From Myxococcota bacterium (lineage in GTDB: Bacteria; Myxococcota_A; UBA796; CAJQPC01): a DNA stretch of 64,000 nt. The stretch spans positions 1 to 64,000 of the forward strand of contig JAZAMN010000059.1 of NCBI GenBank assembly GCA_036229005.1, read 5' to 3'. Below, in pieces: positions 38,737 through 49,106 of this stretch. The notes under the pieces are model-generated. The model made no database searches and was not told the DNA's origin. It saw only the letters and a list, made by a program, of their open reading frames with translations. Made by a program: the position numbers and the translations under genes. How positions within the stretch are numbered: the first letter of the stretch is position 1; each line of letters opens with the position of its first letter.

Positions 38737-41634
38737 CTACTCGGCGCTGGCGCTCTGACCGCAGACCACGGTGTCGTTCCGCTCGACCAGCTCGTCCTCC
38801 AGGATGCCGTAGCTCCAGCGATCCTCGCGGAGCTTCTCGACGTCGAAGGTGCCCTGGACCAGCATCACGGAGGCGTTGTCCGAGGCGGTCAGGAGGATCT
38901 GGAAGTCACCGCTGACCGAGCCGCCGGGCTCGACGGTGGAGCCGTCGGCGATGCGGACGTAGTTGGGGCTACGCTCCAGCCAGCCGTCGATCCCAGTGGT
39001 GAGGGAATCCAGGCGACGCCAGGTGTTGTCCTCGGTGCGGTAGTTGAACCCGTCGTAGAGATCGGGGTCCACCATGGCCCAGGTGTAGGCCTGCTCGGAC
39101 CACCAGGCGGCCTGCTCCTGCGCCTCGATGGCGAAGTCCGCGTAGAAGGCCTCGGTCTGGCTGAAGGCGGTGATGCCGTCGAACTCGGAGAGCATGTAGT
39201 TGTAGGTGGCGGGGGTGACGATGAAGTCGTCCGCCGCGTAGCGGGCCGCCGCGAAGCCGCTCAGCCAGTCCTGAGGCAGGGTCCAGAAGTCCTCCTCGTC
39301 GGCGGGGTTGAGCTGGTAGCTGCCGGCGTTCAGGTAGTAGATGCTGTACCCGTCCTCGTCGGCGGAGTACTCAGCGGTCCAGTCCTTGTTCTCGGAGTTG
39401 ATCAGGACAGGCTCCCCGCTGGGGTGGGCCCCCTCGAGGTTGTCCATCGCGTACTCGCAGTCGGCGTCCGCTGCATCCACGAGCCCGTCGCCGTCGTTGT
39501 CGACGCCGTCGGTGCACTCCGTGGCGGTGAAGCGGCCATCCTCCAGGCCGTCGTCGAAGAGGCCGCAGTCCGCGTCCGCCTCGTCGGTGTAGCCGTCGCC
39601 GTCGTTGTCCTCGCCGTCGGCGCACTGGTTGTCACGCTCGAGCGCGACGTCGGCGTTGGTGCAGTTGGCGTCATCCCCATCGACGTCGCCATCACCATCG
39701 TTGTCGATGCCGTCGTTGCACTGGCCGGTCGTGAAGCCGTACTCCTGCCCCAGGTCCAGGCAGTCGGGGTCCTGGGCGTCCACCCAGCCATCGCCGTCGT
39801 TGTCGAGCAGATCCTCGCAGGTGCTGCTGGCGCGCTCATCCACGTCGGCGGAGCTGAGGCAGTCCACGTCGGCCATGTCGATGTCGCCGTCGCCGTCGTT
39901 GTCCAGGCCGTCGGCGCAGTCGGTCAGGTCGCCCAGCGCCTCGAAGCTGCCGGTGTCACAGCCGCTGTCCTCGAAGTCCACCCAGCCGTCGCCGTCGTTG
40001 TCCAGGCCGTCCTCGCAGTCGCTGAGGACATCCAGGTCTTCTTCGGTGGAGCGCACTGCGTCCACGCAGCCGGGATCGTCGGCGTCGACCAGGCCGTCGC
40101 TGTCGTTGTCGCGGCCGTCGTTGCAGACGGTCTTGCCCAGGGTGATCTCGCGCTTGCCGCCGTCGAAGCAGTCGGGGTCCTCGGCGTCGAACCAGCCGTC
40201 GCCGTCCTCGTCCTCGGGCGTGGCGCCCTCTGCCGTGGTGCAGCTTCCGGTGGTGACGGAGGAGTCGGCCTCGACCTGCCAGGCGGTCTTGCAGACAGAG
40301 TCGTCCGCGTCGATGTCGCCCTCGCCCTCCTCGGGGGGGTTGTTGTCGATGCCGTCGTTGCAGCTACTCAGGCCAAAGAAGCTGTTGTCCTCGACGCCGC
40401 CGTAGAAGCAGTCGGGGTCGGCGTTGTCGGTCCAGCCGTCGGCGTCGTTGTCCGCGCCGTCGCTGCAGCTCCCGTCGCCGTCGTCCTCGGAGTCGTAGCT
40501 GGAGTCGGTGCAGCCCGCGTCTTCGGCGTCGATGAAGCCGTCGCCGTCGTTGTCGACGTCGTCGTTGCAGGCAGCGACGCTGTAGCCGACCTCGTCGCCG
40601 TAGGTGCCGCAGTCGGCGTCGTCGTAGTCGATCCAGCCGTCGCCGTCGTTGTCGAAGTCGTCGGTGCAGGCGGACTTGCCGCTGGGCGAGAGGACCTCGT
40701 CGTTGTCCCAGGCGCTGCGGCAGTCCTCGTCCTCGGAGTCGATCAGGCCGTCGGCGTCGTTGTCCACGCCGTCGTTGCAGGCCGCGACCGCGAAGCTCCC
40801 GTCCTCGCTGTTGCCGTAGCGGCAGTCGGGGTCGTTGCGATCGCTGTAGCCGTCGCCGTCGTTGTCCTCTCCATCGGAGCAGGAGACGTCGTCGGACTCG
40901 TTGTCGTCAAAGCCGCTGGTGCAGTCGGGGTCGTCCGCGTCGACCACGCCGTCGCCGTCGTTGTCCAGGCCATCGTTGCAGTCGCAGATGCCGTCGCAGT
41001 CCAGCAGCTCGATGGGGGCGGAGGAGGAGTAGCCCTCCTCGAAGGCGCCGAAGAGGCAGTCCGGGTCGTCCATGTCGGCCCAGCCGTCGTTGTCGTCGTC
41101 GACGGGCTCTTCGCCGTCCAGGGTGTAGCAGGTGTACCCGGACTGGATGCACTCCTGGGGCTGGAAGACCGGGTCGATCACGAAGGCGATCCGGAAGTCC
41201 TCGCCGCCATCCAGGCGGTTGTGGAGCGTGAGCTGGAAGTCACCCTCGGAGGTGATCACAGCTTCGCTGCGCCACGGGTCCAGCTTGTCCTCCTTGAGGT
41301 AGAAGGCGTCGTCCAGCAGGAAGCCCCAGGGGCCCTGGTAGGACGAGGACTGAACGTGCGAGAACTCGCTGGGCCAGTCCCAGTTGGGGAGGCTGCCGCC
41401 GTCGAGCTCAACACCGCAGGCGCTCTCTTCGAGGACGTCCTCCTCGGAGTTGAAGCAGTCGATCGTGGTCGTGGAGCCCGGGCCCAGGCGCACAGCCTCT
41501 TCGGCCACGCTGGCGGAGGAGTTCGCGGCCAGCCACACGTGGTAGCTGCCCTCGACCTCGGCGTCGTGGGGGGTACAAGCGGTGGCGGCCAGCGCAATGA
41601 GCAGACCGGGAGCCAGGCGGGAGACAGATCGCAT
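38737..41634 (-). CDS. Large acidic lipoprotein with many C.DG.DNDGDG..D..D.DC repeats (putative Ca-binding)
   Basis: Lipobox-like ATAC; tandem Asp/Cys repeats through the central region. Confidence 0.85.
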   Translation of the reverse strand: MRSVSRLAPGLLIALAATACTPHDAEVEGSYHVWLAANSSASVAEEAVRLGPGSTTTIDCFNSEEDVLEESACGVELDGGSLPNWDWPSEFSHVQSSSYQGPWGFLLDDAFYLKEDKLDPWRSEAVITSEGDFQLTLHNRLDGGEDFRIAFVIDPVFQPQECIQSGYTCYTLDGEEPVDDDNDGWADMDDPDCLFGAFEEGYSSSAPIELLDCDGICDCNDGLDNDGDGVVDADDPDCTSGFDDNESDDVSCSDGEDNDGDGYSDRNDPDCRYGNSEDGSFAVAACNDGVDNDADGLIDSEDEDCRSAWDNDEVLSPSGKSACTDDFDNDGDGWIDYDDADCGTYGDEVGYSVAACNDDVDNDGDGFIDAEDAGCTDSSYDSEDDGDGSCSDGADNDADGWTDNADPDCFYGGVEDNSFFGLSSCNDGIDNNPPEEGEGDIDADDSVCKTAWQVEADSSVTTGSCTTAEGATPEDEDGDGWFDAEDPDCFDGGKREITLGKTVCNDGRDNDSDGLVDADDPGCVDAVRSTEEDLDVLSDCEDGLDNDGDGWVDFEDSGCDTGSFEALGDLTDCADGLDNDGDGDIDMADVDCLSSADVDERASSTCEDLLDNDGDGWVDAQDPDCLDLGQEYGFTTGQCNDGIDNDGDGDVDGDDANCTNADVALERDNQCADGEDNDGDGYTDEADADCGLFDDGLEDGRFTATECTDGVDNDGDGLVDAADADCEYAMDNLEGAHPSGEPVLINSENKDWTAEYSADEDGYSIYYLNAGSYQLNPADEEDFWTLPQDWLSGFAAARYAADDFIVTPATYNYMLSEFDGITAFSQTEAFYADFAIEAQEQAAWWSEQAYTWAMVDPDLYDGFNYRTEDNTWRRLDSLTTGIDGWLERSPNYVRIADGSTVEPGGSVSGDFQILLTASDNASVMLVQGTFDVEKLREDRWSYGILEDELVERNDTVVCGQSASAE

Positions 41635-41698
41635 GGGAACCTCAAGGCCCGTGTGTGACGGGCGGACACTGCCATATACTGGAGGCCCGCCCCATAGG

Positions 41699-42631
41699 TC
41701 AAGCGCTGGGGCGACAAGCAGCGGTCACACCGGCGTCATGATCGGCGTATCGCCAACTGAACCCCAGCTCCTGCTTGATCCGCTCGGTACGCAGCCGCAC
41801 CGACGCGGTCCAGAGCTTCAGGGCATCGGGGGTCAGGCGGGGGCGCTGCCCGATTCGGGACTGGAGACGTTCATTCTGGCGGGCGATGGCCACCTGGACG
41901 TAGCTGGGGACGTAGGTGCTCCAGAAGCGCACGGGGGTGCCCCCGACCTGCCGGTGGACGGCGGCGTAGAAGTCCCCCAGGGTGGGCTGGGAGCGGTCGG
42001 CCAGGTGGTAGATCTGCCCGGGCTCGCCGGCCTCGCTGACCCGCAGCAGACCGCGCGCAGCGTCGAGCGCATGGACCGTGGGGATGTGGTTCCTCCCCTC
42101 CCCCGGCAGCCAGGCCTTGCCCTCGCGGATCCGCTCCGCCATCAGGAAGGGCTGACCGGGCCCGTAGACCGCCGCCAGCCGGACGATCCGGGCCCCGCGC
42201 TGGGCGACCAGGCGCTCCGCGGCGACCTTGGAGTGGCCGTAGCGGGTGTTGGGGGAGGGATCGAAGTCCTCCTCGATCCAGAGATTGGAGCGGTCACCGT
42301 AGACCGCTGCGGAGGAGACGTACGTGAGCGGGAGATCCGGCAGCCAGGCGAGGAGCTGCTCGGTGAGCTCGCGGTTGAGGCGGTCGGGCGTCCAGCGCCC
42401 CTCGCCGCGGAAGCCACCGGCCAGGTGAAGGACCTGATCCACGCCGGACAGGGCCTTGGGGTCCAGCGCGCCCAGCTCGCCCTCCAGGACCTGGGCGCCG
42501 AGGGCGCGGAGGCGCTCGGCAGAGGCCGCGCTGCGGGCGTGGGCCAGGACCTGGTCTCCGCGCTCCAGCGCCTCTCGGATGAGCGGCTGACCGAGGCGGC
42601 CGCTGCCGCCGGTGATGAATAGGCTTGCCAT
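41699..42631 (-). CDS. NAD-dependent epimerase/dehydratase family protein
   Basis: ITGGSGRLG, SSAAVYG, YGHSK. Confidence 0.9.
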   Translation of the reverse strand: MASLFITGGSGRLGQPLIREALERGDQVLAHARSAASAERLRALGAQVLEGELGALDPKALSGVDQVLHLAGGFRGEGRWTPDRLNRELTEQLLAWLPDLPLTYVSSAAVYGDRSNLWIEEDFDPSPNTRYGHSKVAAERLVAQRGARIVRLAAVYGPGQPFLMAERIREGKAWLPGEGRNHIPTVHALDAARGLLRVSEAGEPGQIYHLADRSQPTLGDFYAAVHRQVGGTPVRFWSTYVPSYVQVAIARQNERLQSRIGQRPRLTPDALKLWTASVRLRTERIKQELGFSWRYADHDAGVTAACRPSA

Positions 42632-42650
42632 GGGGGCTCCGTGGGGTTCC

Positions 42651-43817
42651 CTAGTCGCCCGCCGAGAGGGTGTGCGTCAAGTGGGCCACCCGGTGATGGG
42701 TCGGGTAGTCCTCCAGGCCGTGGTACGCGGCGTTCTCGGGGCTGATGCGGTAGTGGTCCACGCTCAGCGTGATCTCGGCGCCGCCCGGCGGGAGGACAAA
42801 GCGCAGGGGGATCTCGCGTTGCTCGCCGGCCTGCAGGCGGTTGTCGTCCAGGCGCTCGGCGCGCGGCCACCAGACCCAGCGCTGGCCCACCCGGTGCGTG
42901 GTGCGCTGGACGACCTGCCCCTGGGCATCGACCACGGTGGCCTCGACCCAGAGATAGCGCTCAGGATCCCCGCTGGGGAGCGAGTGGCCAGCCCGAGCGT
43001 TGTGGAGCTGGATGCTGCCCACCACCAAGCTCCCCTCCTCTGCCTGCTCCGGGAGCTCCAGGGCCACGTCGACCCCGGGCTCGAAGAGGTCGTAGTAGGG
43101 CTCCCACTCGGGCTGCAGGGGCTCCTTGGGGATCTTGGAACCGATCCACAGGTGCCGCCGGGCCTGGCGCGGCTCCCCCTGGGGGATCAGCGGCCGCTCG
43201 ATGGCGGGCATGTGGCACTCCTGGCAGCTCTGCTGCGCTCCGGAGGCCTCCCACTCCGCGCCGGTGTTGAAGGTGCAGACCAGGGTGTCCTCGACGCGGG
43301 CGACGGCCTGATGGCAGCCCATGCAGAGCCCGCTGTCCTGGAGGTGGGGCTCCTGGCGTACGGGGTGCGGCGCAGCCTCTTGATCCCCATAAGGCCCCAG
43401 GATGAGGGTCTGTCCCTGGGCGCCCTGGCCGTAGTGGCAGGACATGCAGGTGACGCCTTCGGCCTGCCAGCTCTGGTCGAAGTGGGGGTTGTCGCTGCGC
43501 TGGGGGCTGCGGATCTCCCCGGTGGCGACGGTCTCCTGCACCTGCTGGTCCCCGGCGGGGGTGTGGCAGTTGATGCAGACCCACGCGACCTCGGGGGCCT
43601 TGGAGAGCTCCTGCTGGAACTGGCGGTCGGTCCAGGCGTGGGCGTGGGTGGTGGCCTGCCACTCGGCGTAGATGGTCTGGTGACAGGCTCCGCAGTCGGC
43701 CGCGCGCATCCCCGAGAGGCCTGCAGGGGGCGGTGCACCCGCCGGGACCCGGGGCGCCTCCCAGCGGGCCCCCAGGAGGAACACCAGCAGGATCACTCCA
43801 GCACGCCAGGCACCCAC
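42651..43817 (-). CDS. Pentaheme c-type cytochrome (c554-like)
   Basis: CGACH, CINCH, CMSCH, CMGCH, CQECH; GHSLPSGDP.R. Confidence 0.88.
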   Translation of the reverse strand: MGAWRAGVILLVFLLGARWEAPRVPAGAPPPAGLSGMRAADCGACHQTIYAEWQATTHAHAWTDRQFQQELSKAPEVAWVCINCHTPAGDQQVQETVATGEIRSPQRSDNPHFDQSWQAEGVTCMSCHYGQGAQGQTLILGPYGDQEAAPHPVRQEPHLQDSGLCMGCHQAVARVEDTLVCTFNTGAEWEASGAQQSCQECHMPAIERPLIPQGEPRQARRHLWIGSKIPKEPLQPEWEPYYDLFEPGVDVALELPEQAEEGSLVVGSIQLHNARAGHSLPSGDPERYLWVEATVVDAQGQVVQRTTHRVGQRWVWWPRAERLDDNRLQAGEQREIPLRFVLPPGGAEITLSVDHYRISPENAAYHGLEDYPTHHRVAHLTHTLSAGD

Positions 43818-46141
43818 AGCAGGTTCCCGTCGAGGACCTTGAAGGCCAGCTCCGGCGCGCCGTCTCCGTCCAGGTCGGCGGACATGGCGGGGCCCTGCAG
43901 GTCGCGCACGCCGTGGAGGATGAGGGGGGGCGCGTAGCTGCGCTCCAGGCTGCGGTAGATGGCCACGCGCTCAAGGTCGGTGTCGGTGATGGCGACGTCC
44001 ATGCGGCCGTCCTGGTCCCAGTCGAACACGCTGACCTGCCCGGGCATGGCGAAGGCGGTGTCCACGCCCCAGCCAACGGCCGTGGGGGCGTCTCCGCCGG
44101 TGAGCAGCTCGTCGATGCCGTCGCCGTCCAGGTCGGCGGCGACCAGGTTGCAGGTGGCCGCGTCGCAGAACTCCAGGGCGTCCCCGTCGCCGGTGGTGTC
44201 CGCGATCACGATGTCGCCGACGCTGCTGCCGAAGTCGCCGCTGTCGACGACGCTGAGCTGGTCGTTGACGGACTGCCAGGTGCCGGCCTCGGTCGCGATG
44301 ACGGCGGTGGCGCTGCCCAGTGAGCCGCAGGCGACGAAGTCCGCGTCGACCTCGCCGACGGACGAAGAGGTGACGGTGGTGCCGTCCACCGAGAAGCGGA
44401 AGAGGTGAGCGCCGTTGTCCGAGACCAGCACCCACACCTCGCTCCCGCAGACCGCGAGATCCAGGGGCTCAGCGACCGCTGCGTTGGACTGGCCGTCCAG
44501 GCTGCGCTGACCGGAGGTGGTGGACTGGAGCGAGGGCACGCCGTCTTCGTTGAGCTGCCAGGTGGAGAGCTGGAGCACGGTCTCGCCGTCCTGGGAGCGC
44601 ACGGAGACGTGCTCGGGGTGGCCGTCGCCGTCCAGGTCCGCGAAGGCCTGCTCGCCCAGGTCCCGCACGCCGTAGGTGAGGAAGTCGTCCGGCAGGATGT
44701 TCCACTTGCCGTCCTCATCCACCTGTCCGGGGTACAGCGCGAGCACGTCGGTGGAGACGAGGATGTCGGCGGCGCCGTCCCCGTCCACGTCGGAGACACC
44801 GACCGGCCCGCCCATGGGCACGGCCACGATGGCGTCGTTGAGGAAGTTCCCCTCGTCCTCCCGCCAGGTGACCACGCGGAGCTGCTGGGTGTCGGCCTCG
44901 GCCAGGACGACGTCGGTGGTGCCCTCTCCGGTCACATCGCCGAGGGAGACGCGGTGGCCGGAGTAGTTGAGCTTGTATTCGGTGGTGCTGCCGCCATCGA
45001 AGCTGTACCAGACGATGGGGCGGTCCCCCTGGTCGACGGGGCCGACGGCGATGAGCTCTTCGGTCGCGGGGGTGCCGAGCAGGTCCTCGCAGTCGAGCAG
45101 GCGGCTGCCGCGGGTGAGCACGAAGTTGCCCAGGGACTGGCCGCCCAGGGAGTTGGCGTTCTCGGCCCAGGCCCCCTCGGCGTTGGGGCCAAAGCGCTGG
45201 ATCTCACCGAGGCCGGTGCCGTCGTCCACGAGCAGGGCGACATCGGCCCGACCGTCGTCGTTGAGCTGGCAGAGGGCGACCGACCAGATGTCCTCGGGCA
45301 CGGTGGAGGGGCTCTGGGGCTCGAAGGTCCAGGCGCCGCTGCCCTGGAGGACCTGGAAGCCACCGCTGGACTCGATCCCGTAGGCGATCACGATGTCCTG
45401 GATGCCGTCCAGGTTGGCGTCGCCCACGCCCACGCCGCGGATGCCCTCGCCGGGGATTGAGAAGCCGGTGCCCCACGAGAAGCCGCCGCCATAGCGGCCC
45501 CGGAGGAGGATGACCTCCAGCGCGGTCCAGAGCACAGCGTCTTCGATGCCGTCGCGGTCGAAGTCCGCCGAGGCCAGCCCGAGCACGTCGGAGGAGAGAG
45601 AGGCCACGCGCGAGGGGGGCGCGGTGGGGAGGCCGTCCTGGTAGTAGACCTCGGAGCCGACGGAGAGCAGCAGGCCCTGGTCGACGGCCTCCAGGTAGCT
45701 GGGCTGGAGCTCCACATCCCAGGCGGGGAAGAAGGCGGTCTTGGGGGCCTCGGCGCCGACCAGCCAGGCCTTGCCAGTGGCGCCCGCGTTGGCGCCGTCC
45801 GAGGCGTTGAGCACGGTGATGTCCAGCTCCTGGGGCACGCTGGAGGTCACCACCAGCTCGCCGTAGCCCAGGGCGTCGACCACGACGGTGCCGCTGCTCT
45901 CCACGTCCGAGCCGCCGATCGCGAGCTCGACGCTGCCGGTCTCCGCGGGGATCGCCACGCCGTACTGGTTGACCATGCGGATCTGGAGCGCGACCTCGCC
46001 GACGCCCACGCCGCCGTCCACGACCACGGCCTGCGGCGTGCCGGCCTCGATCACGACGCTGAGGGCGTTCTCATCTTCTTCGGTGCTGCAGTTTCCGCAC
46101 CCCAGCAGGGGGATCAGCAGGAGCATCCAGGGACGACGCAT
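43793..46141 (-). CDS. FG-GAP/VCBS repeat lipoprotein
   Basis: LLGC lipobox; repeated D.DGDG..D motifs. Confidence 0.82.
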   Translation of the reverse strand: MRRPWMLLLIPLLGCGNCSTEEDENALSVVIEAGTPQAVVVDGGVGVGEVALQIRMVNQYGVAIPAETGSVELAIGGSDVESSGTVVVDALGYGELVVTSSVPQELDITVLNASDGANAGATGKAWLVGAEAPKTAFFPAWDVELQPSYLEAVDQGLLLSVGSEVYYQDGLPTAPPSRVASLSSDVLGLASADFDRDGIEDAVLWTALEVILLRGRYGGGFSWGTGFSIPGEGIRGVGVGDANLDGIQDIVIAYGIESSGGFQVLQGSGAWTFEPQSPSTVPEDIWSVALCQLNDDGRADVALLVDDGTGLGEIQRFGPNAEGAWAENANSLGGQSLGNFVLTRGSRLLDCEDLLGTPATEELIAVGPVDQGDRPIVWYSFDGGSTTEYKLNYSGHRVSLGDVTGEGTTDVVLAEADTQQLRVVTWREDEGNFLNDAIVAVPMGGPVGVSDVDGDGAADILVSTDVLALYPGQVDEDGKWNILPDDFLTYGVRDLGEQAFADLDGDGHPEHVSVRSQDGETVLQLSTWQLNEDGVPSLQSTTSGQRSLDGQSNAAVAEPLDLAVCGSEVWVLVSDNGAHLFRFSVDGTTVTSSSVGEVDADFVACGSLGSATAVIATEAGTWQSVNDQLSVVDSGDFGSSVGDIVIADTTGDGDALEFCDAATCNLVAADLDGDGIDELLTGGDAPTAVGWGVDTAFAMPGQVSVFDWDQDGRMDVAITDTDLERVAIYRSLERSYAPPLILHGVRDLQGPAMSADLDGDGAPELAFKVLDGNLLWVPGVLE

Positions 46142-46222
46142 GGGCAAGCCTCCAACCCTGGCAGTCTATACGGGCACGCTCGCCGCCGCCCCCCTGGCGA
46201 CGGGGGTGATAGAGGCCCCGAC

Positions 46223-46954
46223 ATGATCCAGCTCGAAGAAATCGCCGTCGGCACCCGCGCCACCCCCGCGGTCGACGGCCCGGCCCTCCCCATCCTCTGC
46301 CTGCCCGGCGTGCTCGGGGACGCTCTGGTGTTCGAGCCGCTGGCCGCGCTGCTCCCCCACCGCCGCGTGCTCCTGGCCGACCTCCCCCTGGGCGACCCCT
46401 GGCGCGCCGCCCCCATCCTGGCCCGTCGCCTGGAGGGCCTGGGTCCCTTCCACGTCCTGACGGGGAGCTATGGCGGCCTGGTGGCCCACAAGCTCGGGGA
46501 ACACCTCGTCGCATCTGCGGCCCACGTCGCCACCTTGCCGGATCTCTCCATGCGCGAGGACAGGCGTCTGTGGACGGGCCGCGTGCTCCAGCGCACCCCC
46601 GCCCCCCTGGTCATCCGGCTCTACCGCGAGCACCTGGCGCGCTCCCTGGCCCAGGACGGGCTGGACCAGGCGATGGTCCAGCGCCTGCTGGAGCGGACCC
46701 GCAGCAAGGAGGAGCTGATGGACCGGCTGTGGTGCATCTTGAACGACCAGCTCCCCGAGCGGCCGCCCGAGCGCCCCACCCTCTGGATCGTCGGCGAGGA
46801 CGACACCCAGGCCGCGTGGAGCACCGCCGAGATCCAGGCCGCCCAGCCCGGCGTCCAGGTGGCCCATGTCCCCGGTGGACACCGCCCGTACGCGACCCAC
46901 CCGCAGCCCCTGGTGGCCCGGCTGGAGGACTTCTGGCGGCAGGTGGAGGGCTGA
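46223..46954 (+). CDS. Alpha/beta hydrolase
   Basis: LPGVLG, GSYGG nucleophile elbow, GEDD, GGH. Confidence 0.75.
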   Translation: MIQLEEIAVGTRATPAVDGPALPILCLPGVLGDALVFEPLAALLPHRRVLLADLPLGDPWRAAPILARRLEGLGPFHVLTGSYGGLVAHKLGEHLVASAAHVATLPDLSMREDRRLWTGRVLQRTPAPLVIRLYREHLARSLAQDGLDQAMVQRLLERTRSKEELMDRLWCILNDQLPERPPERPTLWIVGEDDTQAAWSTAEIQAAQPGVQVAHVPGGHRPYATHPQPLVARLEDFWRQVEG

Positions 46955-46988
46955 GCGTCGCGAGGTCGTGATTCCCGCGGGGAAGACG

Positions 46989-48050
46989 CTACTCGCCCCA
47001 GCCGAACCACGACCAGCGCTTGATGCCCAAGGGCCCCCGCAGCAGCTCCACGAAGGGGTTGTCCGGGTCGATCTTGTGGGCTGCCCGCAGCGCTGCCTGA
47101 GCCGCCCGGCGGTCGCCCTCTTGCCAGCGCAGCCACGCCAGCACGGCGAGCAGGTCCCCGTCCGTCTCCACCCAGGAGCCCAGGTCGGTCAGCAGCTCCT
47201 GGACCGCGGTGGTGTCGCCGTTGTCGGTCAGCCGGCGGGCGTAGCGGGAGACCACCTGCAGGGCCAGCCTGGGGGCCTCGCCGTCGTCCTCCATGGCCAG
47301 GACGTAGATGGCCTGAGCACGCGCACGCGCGAAGCGCTGCGTGTCGTAGAGGTGGTGTGCATAGCGAGCGCGGGTGAGCAGATCCTCGGGGGCCAGCTCC
47401 AGCGCCTGCTCCAGCGCCTCCAGGCCCTCTCCCCGACGGTCCCCGGCCAGCAGCAGCTCTCCGTAGAGCGCCCAGGCCATGGGGTTGTGGTCCCCGCCCT
47501 CGCGCACCCAGATGCCGCACTCCCCCAGCGCCGCCTGCAGCAGCCCCAGGTCCTGCAACAAGGAGATCCGCATGAGCCGCGCCAGGTCACGCCGCCGGGA
47601 GTCCTGGATCGCCGCCGTGGCCAGCTTGAGCGCCAGCAGCCGCCGCCCTGAGTCTGCCGCCTGGTTGCAGGCCTGGAGCAGGCCCATGCCCGGCGCGACC
47701 ATCTCCGCCAGCTCCTGGTGTACCTGCCGGTCTTCGGCCTCGGACAGGCCGCAGCCCCCACAGACGCCGCCCGCGCTGCGCTTGTGGCCACAGTTCCTGC
47801 AGATCAGCGGCCCCGTGGGCTCCAGCGGCAGGTGCCAGTCTTCCCGCCCCAACACGGCACCGCAGGTCTCGCAGTCGAGCTGGTCCGCGAACACCCCCTC
47901 GCGCCGGACGGTGGTCCAGGACAAGAAGCCGCTCTGGCAGTGAGGACAGCGCTCGGGGAGTGCGTGGGACAAGTCACACCGGAGAGCGGCCAGCCTAACC
48001 CGGAGCTTGAGCGCAAGGTCCGCTGCTGGTGCCCGCAATGTCACCAACAC
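46989..48050 (-). CDS. Zinc-ribbon plus TPR protein (paralog A)
   Basis: Four CxxC pairs then TPR-like helices (ALELAPED, AHKIDPDN). Confidence 0.75.
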   Translation of the reverse strand: MLVTLRAPAADLALKLRVRLAALRCDLSHALPERCPHCQSGFLSWTTVRREGVFADQLDCETCGAVLGREDWHLPLEPTGPLICRNCGHKRSAGGVCGGCGLSEAEDRQVHQELAEMVAPGMGLLQACNQAADSGRRLLALKLATAAIQDSRRRDLARLMRISLLQDLGLLQAALGECGIWVREGGDHNPMAWALYGELLLAGDRRGEGLEALEQALELAPEDLLTRARYAHHLYDTQRFARARAQAIYVLAMEDDGEAPRLALQVVSRYARRLTDNGDTTAVQELLTDLGSWVETDGDLLAVLAWLRWQEGDRRAAQAALRAAHKIDPDNPFVELLRGPLGIKRWSWFGWGE

Positions 48051-48062
48051 GCGGCGGACGAC

Positions 48063-49004
48063 TCAGCGCAGCAGCCACCGGAAGAAGCCACCCTCGGGCG
48101 CCAGGGGGCCCCGCCGCAGGTCCTGGGCCAGGGGGAGCTCCGGGTCCAGCCGCTCGGCCTCGGCGAGCGCCGCGCGGGCCTCGTCCAGGCGGCCATCCTT
48201 CCAGCGCTGCCAGGCCAGCAGGGCCAGCAGCTCGGCGTCGACCAGGACGTCCTTGCCCAGGGCGTCGAGCAGCTCCCGGGCGCTGGAGACCTCGCCCAGC
48301 TCCATGAGCCGGCGGGTGTAGCGCACCATCAAGCCCAGGGCCTGCCGCCGGTACGCGCTGTCCGGTCCGCGCAGCACCGCCATCGCGTCCTGACGGGCCG
48401 CGCCGAAGCGGTTGTTGTTGTAGAGCAGCTCCGCGCGCAGCGCCTGCGCCGACTCAAGCTCCGGGTCGATCGACAGCGCCATGTCGGCGGCCGCCCGCGC
48501 CCCGCTCTCCTTGGCCCCATGCAGCGCGTAGGCCAGCTCGGAGAAGGCCTGCCCCCAGTGCGGCTGGGCCCGGCACAGCTCCCGGGCGTCCTGGACCGCC
48601 GCGGCGTTCAGGTCCAGGGCACGGAGAAGGCGGTTCCGGAGCACCCAGGCCGAGGGCGGCTTGGGCCCGAGCTGCACCGCCGCCGTCGCCAGCTTGAGGG
48701 CCAGGACCAGACGCCCGGTGCGCGCCGCGGTCTCCGCAGCCTCCAGGCGCCCCAGCTCCGGGGAGACCTGCTGGCGGAGCTCTTCGTGGACCTGCCGGTC
48801 TTCGGCCTCGGTCAGCCCGCAGCTCGTGCAGCGCCCGCCGCGGTAGCTGCCGCCACAGTTCATGCAGGCGCCGGACCAGGGGGGCGACAGCGGCAGCGTC
48901 CAGGCGACCCGGTCCAGCTCCTGATCGCACTGAGAGCAGCGACTGACCTCTTCGAGGCCCTCCGTACTCCACCTGGGGCGATGACTGCAGCCCGTGTTGC
49001 CCAT
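48063..49004 (-). CDS. Zinc-ribbon plus TPR protein (paralog B)
   Basis: CSH plus three CxxC, then TPR-like helices; clearly similar to paralog A; ATG at 49004. Confidence 0.75.
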   Translation of the reverse strand: MGNTGCSHRPRWSTEGLEEVSRCSQCDQELDRVAWTLPLSPPWSGACMNCGGSYRGGRCTSCGLTEAEDRQVHEELRQQVSPELGRLEAAETAARTGRLVLALKLATAAVQLGPKPPSAWVLRNRLLRALDLNAAAVQDARELCRAQPHWGQAFSELAYALHGAKESGARAAADMALSIDPELESAQALRAELLYNNNRFGAARQDAMAVLRGPDSAYRRQALGLMVRYTRRLMELGEVSSARELLDALGKDVLVDAELLALLAWQRWKDGRLDEARAALAEAERLDPELPLAQDLRRGPLAPEGGFFRWLLR

Positions 49005-49106
49005 GAACCTTCCCGAGTCCAGCCAGACGGCCCAAAGCCGCCCGGGCCCAAACAAAATAGACCCCTGACGCGGGAAAACAAAAAGAATCCCCCCAAAAGG
49101 AAAGCC

